Shown in pieces: positions 1-7,781 of a DNA stretch of 64,000 nt. The DNA lies in NCBI GenBank assembly GCA_050950825.1, contig JBMNIH010000002.1:96001-160000 (forward strand). The letters are read 5' to 3'. The position numbers were made by a program, and so were the translations under genes. The stretch's first letter is position 1; each line of letters starts with the position of its first letter. The notes beneath the pieces are model-generated. The model had not been told where the DNA came from. It ran no database searches and saw nothing but the letters and a program-made list of their open reading frames with translations. Origin of the DNA: Clostridia bacterium (lineage in GTDB: Bacteria > Bacillota > Clostridia > JAAYHZ01).

Positions 1-1041
1 GTACTCCTCGTACATGCCGCTGATTCGGTCAAGCGAATAGTTCTTTATCGCCCACTCCCTGCAAGTTTCGGGTTTAATTCTCCAAATGTTATTCACAGCC
101 CAACAAAACTCTTCGAAAACCCTGCAGCGATAACCGGTTAAACCGTGGAGGACCGTTTCGGGAAAAGCTCCCCAATCGCTCGTGATTACAGGAGTCCCGC
201 ACATTTGTGCTTCCACATTAACACCGCCAAAGGGCTCAAGATAATAAGTAGGCATCAAGACGGCTTTTGCATTCCCTAGAAGTTTGGCTCTTTCTTCCGG
301 ACCTACGGCAGGATGATAAACGATATGCTTTTCATTACTCAAATGAATGCCTTCGTTCGGGTCTTCCAAAGAACCTTGGCCTACAATGTACAATAAATTG
401 TTTGTAGCTTTTGCAACGTCAGACGCTACTTGAACACCCTTACGATGGATGATTCTGCCGAAATACAGCAAGTAATCTTGCTTTTTAGGCCGGAAGGGGA
501 AATCCTCAGGTTCGAAATAATTGGGTATAACGGCATCGTACCATACGCCGTCATCTTGATTGATCAATCCGTAAATATAATGCATCCAAGCGTATGACTC
601 GAATACACGAAAACAGGAGAATACTCCGGTATAACCGATTCCGGGTTCTACCGTTATAAGGTCAACGGCATCGGCAACGGGCTTTTGATAATTACCCATA
701 GGACATAGCAATATATCTTGAGGTTGTTTGCGTTCCAATATAGCTTTTATGGCATTTTGATTAAAAGATTGGTGAGCGAAATCATGGGGATCATGTTTAA
801 AGAATGTTCGGGATCTGTCATAATCTCCGTATGTTTGCGAAAGAATATCTTGCGTTAATACCGGAATAAATTCATCGCATAAAACATCGGATCCTTCGAC
901 GCCGTAGAAATAGATGGTGTGTCCGTACTTTTTTAGCATTTTCGAAAGCTTTATGATTTTCTGGGTATAAGCACATGCTGAATTTTTTCTGTTGGTTTCT
1001 AAATGAGCCAATCCTAATAAATGAAATCTTAAGTGTGACAT
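1..1041 (-). CDS. Glycosyltransferase family 4 (GT-B fold), truncated by window edge
   Basis: Not in the ORF track. Manual translation from ATG at 1041 (SD GAGAGG) is open to position 1: MSHLRFHLLGLAH...LLYFGRIIHRKG...YLEPFGGVNVEAQMCGTPVITSDWGAFPETV, with the GT4 E-x7-E motif. Confidence 0.88.
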   Translation of the reverse strand, partial: MSHLRFHLLGLAHLETNRKNSACAYTQKIIKLSKMLKKYGHTIYFYGVEGSDVLCDEFIPVLTQDILSQTYGDYDRSRTFFKHDPHDFAHQSFNQNAIKAILERKQPQDILLCPMGNYQKPVADAVDLITVEPGIGYTGVFSCFRVFESYAWMHYIYGLINQDDGVWYDAVIPNYFEPEDFPFRPKKQDYLLYFGRIIHRKGVQVASDVAKATNNLLYIVGQGSLEDPNEGIHLSNEKHIVYHPAVGPEERAKLLGNAKAVLMPTYYLEPFGGVNVEAQMCGTPVITSDWGAFPETVLHGLTGYRCRVFEEFCWAVNNIWRIKPETCREWAIKNYSLDRISGMYEEY

Positions 1042-1107
1042 ATCTTACCTCTCAAAAGTTTTTATGTAGGTTACGGGCTATGTTAAACATACCCCGTAAG
1101 ATCCTTT

Positions 1108-2037
1108 TTAAGAAATAACTTCCACAAGACAGGTGGAAACGGCTATTTGGTTACCCAAGATAGCAACACCAAATGCGGTTCTCGTTACCAACTCATTATC
1201 TGTTGAACTGCCTCCGGCACTAACATTTACATTGGTACCGGTTCCAACAAAGGATTGCAGTGTAGCTCTTACACCGGCTTCACATTCCGCTTCACATCCG
1301 GTCGGTAGCGGAGAAGGCGGGTCTAAGAAAGAAAAATCGGTGAAGTTGTCATTGCCTGTCAGAGAGATAAATGCAATCCGACATATACTAATGCGTTCGG
1401 TTATAGTTCCTGCATCATTGGCTAAGTTGAAAATCGTATTATTCGTGATGCTGTGAGGTCTTCCGCTCACGGATCCGCCGGTGTCTATATTCACGACAAT
1501 ATTCGATGTCGGGAATCTCGTGATGATTTGCATAATGAGATTCTTCATTTGTGCAATACATGCGCAAGTAGCATCGGATCCCGGAGGTCCCTGAGGACCT
1601 GTTGCACCCGTTGCTCCGCTTGCTCCGCTCGGACCGGTAGCACCCGTTGCGCCGCTTGCCCCGCTCGGACCGGTAGCACCCGTTGCGCCGCTTGCCCCGC
1701 TCGGACCGGTAGCACCCGTTGCGCCGCTTGCTCCGCTCGGACCGGTAGCACCCGTTGCACCGATTGCTCCGCTCGGACCGGTGGCTCCCGTTGCTCCGCT
1801 TGCTCCGCTCGGACCGGTTGCTCCCGTCGCCCCGGTTTTTCCTCTTAAACCCATCGGACCGGTTTCGCCTTTCGGACCGGGAGGGCCGGGCGGGCCGGAA
1901 GGGCCGGGTATACAACAACAGCAATGGCATAAATTATCACAGTAGTAAGAACATTTCCATACGTTCATGCCGTTTCTGACCTCAACAAGTTTACACTCGA
2001 CATTAAAAATAGGTTTATGCTTATTAATAGTGATCAC
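1108..2037 (-). CDS. Collagen-like (BclA-type) spore surface/exosporium protein with Cys-rich N-terminus
   Basis: About 35 Gly-X-Y triplets rich in [10 protein letters not shown]-terminal CHCCCC, Cys-containing C-terminal globular domain, upstream sigmaK-like promoter. Start codon uncertain (see findings). Confidence 0.85.
   Translation of the reverse strand: MITINKHKPIFNVECKLVEVRNGMNVWKCSYYCDNLCHCCCCIPGPSGPPGPPGPKGETGPMGLRGKTGATGATGPSGASGATGATGPSGAIGATGATGPSGASGATGATGPSGASGATGATGPSGASGATGATGPSGASGATGATGPQGPPGSDATCACIAQMKNLIMQIITRFPTSNIVVNIDTGGSVSGRPHSITNNTIFNLANDAGTITERISICRIAFISLTGNDNFTDFSFLDPPSPLPTGCEAECEAGVRATLQSFVGTGTNVNVSAGGSSTDNELVTRTAFGVAILGNQIAVSTCLVEVIS
1595..1830 (-). repeat. 36-bp tandem repeat (about 6 copies) encoding [12 protein letters not shown]
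   Basis: The unit ggaccggtagcacccgttgcgccgcttgccccgctc and close variants recur at 1631, 1667, 1703, 1739, 1775 and partially at 1811. Confidence 0.9.
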
Positions 2038-2051
2038 CTCCTTTTGCTAAC

Positions 2052-2078
2052 AGTATATGAACAGGGAGGTGTTAGTGT
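2052..2078 (-). promoter_or_regulatory. sigmaK-type promoter of the collagen-like gene
   Basis: Minus strand ACA-ctaacacctccctgtt(16 nt)-CATATACT matches the sigmaK consensus ACA-N16-CATANNNT. Confidence 0.65.
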
Positions 2079-2335
2079 GTACGAACGGATCCGAGAAAAA
2101 ATTATTATGTAAACAACAAAAAAGGAACATTTGAATGAACTGCTAATAGAGTTGAAAAAAAATCGGGTAGGAGACTACTCATTAATTGAGTAGCCGTCCT
2201 CCCACACCACCGTACGTACCGTTCGGTATACGGCGGTTCAACAAGAGTTCAATTTCTTAAGCAAGTTCAGCTATAAAGCCAGTGTATCCGCGCTTCTGAA
2301 GGCGCTCGTTCGTAATGGTTTGTGAAAGTATGGGG

Positions 2336-3727
2336 CTATTGGCAATTCTCCAGTAGCCTTTTCTTGTATTGGCAAATTTCCCTCCAGTAGCCTTTTCTTG
2401 TATTGGCAAATTTCCATGCTTTCTGTCTGTCCAATCCCAGTTTCACTAGATTTTGAAAACGGGTACGGATTTTCTTCCATTGTTTCCAGATACACATTCG
2501 CAGTCGCCTGCGTGTCCATTCATCCAGTGAACGTGCGAGAGATTTCATGTCCGCAATTCTGAAGTAGTTGACCCATCCTTTGATGAGTTGCTTTATCTTC
2601 TGCAGGCGAACGTCTATACTCACCCCGTTGCTCCTTGATGTTATGTTGCGTATCTTTTCCTTTAATCTCTCTACGGACTTTTTGTGTACCCGGATTCTCA
2701 CGCCTTCTTTCCCGTGATAGAATGAGAATCCAAGGAACTTTCTCTTCCACGGTCTGTCAACCGCGCTCTTCTCGCGGTTAACTCTTAACCTCAGTTTTCC
2801 TTCCAGAAATTTAGTGACACTCTGCATCGTGCGTTCAGCCGCTTTCCTGCTTCTCACATAAATATTGCAGTCATCAGCATAACGGCAGAATTTATGTCCC
2901 CTCTTCTCCAGTTCTTTATCCAGTTCGTTCAGCATAATGTTGCTTAACAGGGGACTGAGTGGTCCGCCCTGTGGGCATCCTTCTTCAGTTTCGATTACGA
3001 CCCCGTTTACAGTTTCGATTACGACCCCGTTTATCATGACGCCCGCTTTCAGATATTCCCGGATAAGCTTCAGTACCCTCTTGTCTTTTACCCTCCTTGC
3101 CACCAGCGCCATGAGTTTATCATGGTTCACAGTATCAAAATATTTCGCAAGGTCGATGTCCACTACCCAGTCATACCCTTCATTTATATATCCCTGTGCT
3201 CTTTTTATTGCTTGGTGAGCACTTCTTCCCGGCCGAAATCCAAAGCTGTTCTCCGAGAATTCAGGGTCAAATATGGATGCAAGTACTTGGGCAATGGCCT
3301 GCTGAACCATCCTGTCGACTACCGTGGGAATCCCCAGTAACCTGACTCCTCCGTCCGGTTTCGGTATCTCCACTCTCCGAACGGGCTTGGGACGATACGT
3401 CCCTGCCTTCAATTCCCCGATTAGATTATTGCCCTTCTCTTTCAGGTATGGCAGAAGTTCATCCACCTTCATACCGTCAATTCCATGGGAGCCTTTGTTC
3501 CTTACCACCTGTTTATAGGCAGCGTTCATGTTGTTTCTACTCAATATCTTCTCGAGCAAATCAAAGGTACTTACTTCTCCATTGTCCTGTCCGTTTGTTT
3601 CCGCCGGAAGGGTTCTCCGCACTCCTCTCCGCACTCCTGCCATATCTCGGGGTTCCACCCCTGCCTCTGGCAGGTAGTCTTCATATGAAGTTGTCTGCTC
3701 TCTACAAATCCTTCCCGAGTCCTTCAA
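2336..3727 (-). CDS. ltrA: Group II intron reverse transcriptase/maturase (no endonuclease domain); C-terminus frameshifted by a 34-bp duplication
   Basis: RT motifs IPKPDGGVRLLGIPTVVDR, DIDLAKYFD, GCPQGGPLSP, RYADD; domain X GWVNYF...RRRLRMCIWKQWK. Confidence 0.93.
   Translation of the reverse strand: MKDSGRICREQTTSYEDYLPEAGVEPRDMAGVRRGVRRTLPAETNGQDNGEVSTFDLLEKILSRNNMNAAYKQVVRNKGSHGIDGMKVDELLPYLKEKGNNLIGELKAGTYRPKPVRRVEIPKPDGGVRLLGIPTVVDRMVQQAIAQVLASIFDPEFSENSFGFRPGRSAHQAIKRAQGYINEGYDWVVDIDLAKYFDTVNHDKLMALVARRVKDKRVLKLIREYLKAGVMINGVVIETVNGVVIETEEGCPQGGPLSPLLSNIMLNELDKELEKRGHKFCRYADDCNIYVRSRKAAERTMQSVTKFLEGKLRLRVNREKSAVDRPWKRKFLGFSFYHGKEGVRIRVHKKSVERLKEKIRNITSRSNGVSIDVRLQKIKQLIKGWVNYFRIADMKSLARSLDEWTRRRLRMCIWKQWKKIRTRFQNLVKLGLDRQKAWKFANTRKGYWREICQYKKRLLENCQ
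2348..2415. repeat. Perfect 34-bp tandem duplication in the RT 3' end
   Basis: ctccagtagccttttcttgtattggcaaatttcc at 2348-2381 and 2382-2415. Confidence 0.95.
2986..3033. repeat. Perfect 24-bp in-frame tandem duplication in RT
   Basis: cagtttcgattacgaccccgttta at 2986-3009 and 3010-3033, giving NGVVIETVNGVVIET. Confidence 0.95.
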
Positions 3728-4144
3728 TCTTTCAGAACCTCCTGTTGTTCGGCCCTTCCGCTCCGTTCATGACCGCTGCGTACTATGGCCTCTGCTGACT
3801 TCTGACCGTTCAGCCGTACATTGCTGCACGGGTTGCCTTGTGGAAGTTCATCCGACTCAGCGTACCGGTCAGATCTCCGCGGGTAAGCGCGCGCCCCTTC
3901 ATCCCATATACCTGCTTCATTTACACCGCAAGCCTCGGATAGCATTGGACTTCGTTTTGTTATGCAAACTCGTCCGACTTGCATATGCCTCATATGAAGT
4001 TCCTGTTCGTCAGGCCGGGATTTTGCCTCCGACTTCCTTCAGATTCCACCTCACGATGGACACCCTTGTCTTTGGCTAACGGTTGGTGCTATCAACCCCC
4101 GTAACGGACTTTCACCGTCAAGGTCGCGCGCATGCCGCGCGCAC

Positions 4145-4181
4145 ATAAAAAAGGTATATCAAGTATAAAACTTGATATACC
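4145..4181 (-). terminator. Intrinsic terminator of the mscS-ParB gene; intron IIC target site
   Basis: Minus strand GGTATATCAAG-loop-CTTGATATACC followed by TTTTTTAT, then the intron GTGCG. Confidence 0.88.
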
Positions 4182-4197
4182 CGTCTTAACGGAATTT

Positions 4198-5427
4198 CTA
4201 ATGTTCTTTGCTGTCTCGAATATCGGATTTTTCTCCTTGGATAATGGCCGGGATTGTTCTCCATCCTAATCGTTTACATGCTTCATAGCGCAAGTGACCG
4301 GCCAATATTTCATAGGTTCCTTTAATCGGATTTCTATTCAGCAAAATCGGCTGCAGGAGTCCTTGGGTGGAAATGCTTTCAATAATCGGCTCAAGCTCCG
4401 CATAATCCACTTTCAAATCCGGTTCTTGGATATGGGACATATCGATGTCCTGAATATGAGGCATGCTTTTATGCTTGCTGGCGTCCGCTTCTTTACGTTC
4501 CGCTCCGGCTTTCGAAGAATATATATAAGGTATGGCCATATCCACATTCGGATTATTCTGAAACTCTTGGAATATCATCTTGTTGATATTATACGATATT
4601 TCCGCTCTTCTCTGTACTTGGGTTTGGTATCGTAATCTCAAATAAACCCCGTAATCATACAGGTCGGATCGTATGTAGGGCTCGCTGCCTGTTTTCTCGA
4701 TGATCTCTTTTGTTACCTGTCTTGCAGCATCCAATAGAATCCGCTCCGCCGTCTTCCAGTCGGAATCATATGTGATACGAATAACGACTTCGTCCAGCAT
4801 ATATGCCGCTTCCTGTTTTACCGTATAGTTGATGACTACCTGATTAAATAGCATGGCGTTCGGAACCAATATGTATCGGCCTACGGCTTCTTCACTTCCG
4901 ATGCTACCTCCTACTTGGTCCAACCGGGTGTACATCGCGCCGATGTCCTTTACGTCACCTACCAGTCCGAGGGAAGGGAATTGTATACGATCACCCGGTC
5001 GGAAAGGTCTTTTTACCGATACAAGAATCCATGCGGCAAAACCACTGACAGGAGCTTGCAAGGACCAACCTAAAAGCATTCCGCCGAACATAGCAAAGAA
5101 ATCGCTGAAGGCTTTTAACTTTCCGAATGCAAAACCGATGCTTAAGATCACCGCAAAAAAAGCTATCAGTTTGTAAAGGCGTGATAACATCATCCCTTCC
5201 GCTATGGGTTTTTGCTTTGCTTGCATCAACCAAACCGTAACAACCGTTAACAGAAACGTTGCCGCTAAAATCAAAGCGACATTCATAAACATTCGGGGAA
5301 TCGTAATACCGGATTCTAATACTTGCCAATCAAACGGAAGGTAGTTTTCTGCCGCAAAAAAGACAACCGCAACCGCAGCGGAAATTGCCAGCGAAACTAT
5401 CGTTTTCTTTTTAAATTGATTCTCCAT
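4198..5427 (-). CDS. MscS-family mechanosensitive channel fused to a C-terminal ParB/Srx-like N-terminal domain
   Basis: N-terminal TM helices, MscS core (LLGWSLQAPVSGF...KRPFRPGDRI...GDVKDIG...VPNAML), charged linker, then IIESISTQGLLQPILL...YEILAGHLRYEACKRLGWRTIPAII. Confidence 0.85.
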   Translation of the reverse strand: MENQFKKKTIVSLAISAAVAVVFFAAENYLPFDWQVLESGITIPRMFMNVALILAATFLLTVVTVWLMQAKQKPIAEGMMLSRLYKLIAFFAVILSIGFAFGKLKAFSDFFAMFGGMLLGWSLQAPVSGFAAWILVSVKRPFRPGDRIQFPSLGLVGDVKDIGAMYTRLDQVGGSIGSEEAVGRYILVPNAMLFNQVVINYTVKQEAAYMLDEVVIRITYDSDWKTAERILLDAARQVTKEIIEKTGSEPYIRSDLYDYGVYLRLRYQTQVQRRAEISYNINKMIFQEFQNNPNVDMAIPYIYSSKAGAERKEADASKHKSMPHIQDIDMSHIQEPDLKVDYAELEPIIESISTQGLLQPILLNRNPIKGTYEILAGHLRYEACKRLGWRTIPAIIQGEKSDIRDSKEH

Positions 5428-5462
5428 AAGCGTACCTCATCTTTTTAAGATTAGCTATATTT

Positions 5463-5491
5463 ATTATATATTTTAAACTTCGCATTGACAA
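5463..5491 (-). promoter_or_regulatory. sigmaA-type promoter of the mscS-ParB gene
   Basis: TTGTCA-17 nt-TATAAT on the minus strand, about 35 nt upstream of the ATG. Confidence 0.6.
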
Positions 5492-5641
5492 CCGGCTGAA
5501 TGAAGGGTTGAAGATATAGTATAAAATATCCTTGCTTCCAAAAATATCTATATCATGAAAGCAAGGATGAGGGTTCGACGGATTGTATTCTTGCCCAAAT
5601 TCCGAGTTACGAAAACAGTAAAAGGCATAAATTACATCTTT

Positions 5642-6283
5642 TTATATCTTCGTATACCCGTCATGAAAAACAATGGCATCCAGCTTACGACCTTCTTTAC
5701 ACATTTCGCAATCCTTCGGGTCAAATAACTTGTACCCGGGAATATCTTCGCTCGTAAACAAAGAGTGAATCTTTTGGGTGAGTTTTTCCGGATAAGCATT
5801 GAATAAAGCGGAAATCCATGCAAGCCGGCCCCCGTAATAGGACAAAAGCTCCAAAATACCGTTCACCGTTATTCCCGTCGATATGGACGATATGAGAAGC
5901 AGTACGTTTTGATTGAAAACCATTTCTTTTACATTGTCCTGAAACATTAATTTTCTGTGGATATTATTCAGCGGCGTCACAACATGAATATCTTTTCCGC
6001 TGTTAATGACGGATGTTCCCGATTTTCGGAGTTCGTCCGCCATATAGGCACCTATAACCTCCGTTCCTTCGATACAAACAATGGTATCGATCGGAGTCGC
6101 GGCTAAATAAGGGGTTATTAATTCTACAGCTACCTCTTTGGCAATCCGTGCATTTGTTTTTAGATCACACAGATCAAGATAATAATTCAGATGGGAGTGG
6201 CTGGTCGTAAAATGCCCGGGTATCACTCTGACGGCAATGGACGGATTTCTTGTCAACGAGATTTTAAAGCTCCGTCTTTCCAT
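5642..6283 (-). CDS. Type I phosphoribosyltransferase-fold protein (PyrE-like) with degenerate PRPP loop
   Basis: GHFTTSHSHLNYYLD hood motif, VLLLISSISTG at the PRPP-loop position, C-terminal CEMC. SD GGAGG. Confidence 0.65.
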   Translation of the reverse strand: MERRSFKISLTRNPSIAVRVIPGHFTTSHSHLNYYLDLCDLKTNARIAKEVAVELITPYLAATPIDTIVCIEGTEVIGAYMADELRKSGTSVINSGKDIHVVTPLNNIHRKLMFQDNVKEMVFNQNVLLLISSISTGITVNGILELLSYYGGRLAWISALFNAYPEKLTQKIHSLFTSEDIPGYKLFDPKDCEMCKEGRKLDAIVFHDGYTKI

Positions 6284-6698
6284 TTTTCATTCCTCCTTTT
6301 CACACCCATTATTTACTTACAATATATATCAATATATATAAGCCTTATGGTAATCGATGCATCCGTGTAAAAATTGCATTTGCAATGCCGGTTATAGAAT
6401 GAAGCCGTCTGCAAATAAAAACGGATGTCTCAAATCGCCCGGTCAAAAATCTTCAAAATGAAAAGTAAGAAGAAGACAGAACTTACATATTACCCGATAC
6501 CGTGTCACAAGCCTTCGATTGATTTTTGTCGATTCCGTCTTTTAACGATCTCTCTAATATATATGCCTTTAATATAAGCAATAAATGGTTCGCCTTTAAA
6601 CCTTTAAGCCTTTAATATACAATGAGTTGTATTAATGTCGATGGATTCCCTTTAAAAATATCTTAGCATGATTATTTTCGAATATCAATATGATCGGT

Positions 6699-7568
6699 TT
6701 ATTTGTTATTAATTGAGAACCGTCCCTTCAAATTGACGATGACCAGCTCGGGAGGATTAAAGAATCGAAGCAGGATGCTTTTACTCAATCCTCGGCTGAC
6801 TACCAAAAAGGCTTCGTTTAACGGATAACAGCCGCCGGTATATTTCGGGAAGAAGCCTTGGTGAGGTGCATAAAAACCGTTAAGGATAAACGGTATACGA
6901 AATTGTCCCCCGTGAGCATGTCCGGAAACGATCAAATCGTAACCGCTTTCCACATACTCGTCTATCAATTCGGGGCGGTGAGACAGCAAAACGGAGTAAT
7001 AGGATTCTTCCCTTTGCGTTTTGCAATTGTGCAGTTGGTCATAAAAGCTCTCTCCCTTGGTGTGTTCCGTTCGATAACGAGGATGAAACGCTTCGGGATC
7101 GTCCAAACCCGACACCTGTATTTTTTGTCCGTCTATTGATAGGACTTTTGTTTCTCCCTCCAAAACGGTCACACCGTAGGATCGAATCATATCTTTGATT
7201 TGATCGGCATGTCCGGACCATATTTCATGATTTCCGGACACATAAAAGCAAGGATACTTCGATCCGATTACGGACAGAAGCTCCTCGACGGCATCATGAG
7301 GCTTACGATCGTCGGCAATATCACCAACCAGAAGAATCATATCGGGTTCTTGGTTTCGGATGGCTTTTATGAGTCCTTCTTGATTCTTTCCGAAATAGCA
7401 ATCGTGTAAATCCGCAATAACCGCTATCTTCACCGAAGCTTTCACCTTATCCGACGAGATATTATAGGTTTTTACGACGATGCCGTGCCAAAAAGCCGTA
7501 ACAAATACCCCGATAAGCAAAGCGATAAAAAGGTATGGAATCATGATTTTCTTTTGACCGAATGTCAT
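6699..7568 (-). CDS. Membrane-anchored metallophosphoesterase (YkuE/YaeI-like)
   Basis: N-terminal TM; motifs DLH, GD, GNHE, LSH, GHAHGGQ, SRGL. Confidence 0.88.
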   Translation of the reverse strand: MTFGQKKIMIPYLFIALLIGVFVTAFWHGIVVKTYNISSDKVKASVKIAVIADLHDCYFGKNQEGLIKAIRNQEPDMILLVGDIADDRKPHDAVEELLSVIGSKYPCFYVSGNHEIWSGHADQIKDMIRSYGVTVLEGETKVLSIDGQKIQVSGLDDPEAFHPRYRTEHTKGESFYDQLHNCKTQREESYYSVLLSHRPELIDEYVESGYDLIVSGHAHGGQFRIPFILNGFYAPHQGFFPKYTGGCYPLNEAFLVVSRGLSKSILLRFFNPPELVIVNLKGRFSINNK

Positions 7569-7781
7569 TTGTCCCCCGTTTCTTTATATTTCATTCATTC
7601 CCATTATACACATTTATTCCGTGAAACTCATTCCATCCTTTTATTTTTACTTCAATATCCGTGAAAATTTGATTAGAAACACCGTGACTTCGAATCGATC
7701 TATGATACAATGGATGTATGTAAAGCGAAGATCCAAGGTTTTTAAAGCAACGAAATTGAAAACTTATAAGGAGGATCTTTC

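Larger units (their letters stand above)
2162..4144 (-). mobile_element. Group II intron, bacterial class C (IIC), full length about 1.98 kb
   Basis: 5' end GTGCG at 4144. Short domain V GAACCGCCGTATACCGAACGGTACGTACGGTGGTGTG (CGC triad), then domain VI, ending CCCGAT at 2162. Internal RT ORF. Inserted 8 nt after a terminator stem. Confidence 0.93.

Noticed and set aside
1595-1830. 36-bp repeats as a possible CRISPR array
   Set aside because: The units are contiguous with no unique spacers, lie inside a coding frame, and no cas genes are present.
1133-1979. Repetitive ORFs on both strands ([32 protein letters not shown])
   Set aside because: Shadow frames of the 36-bp collagen repeat.
2271-2519. 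82-aa ORF overlapping the RT 3' end
   Set aside because: Alternative-frame product within the intron; the true displaced RT tail (IANSPILSQ...) is in a different frame.
2336-3727. RT as a retron, DGR or defence-associated RT
   Set aside because: It has clear group II intron boundaries, domains V/VI and a maturase domain X; no template/variable repeat pair was seen.
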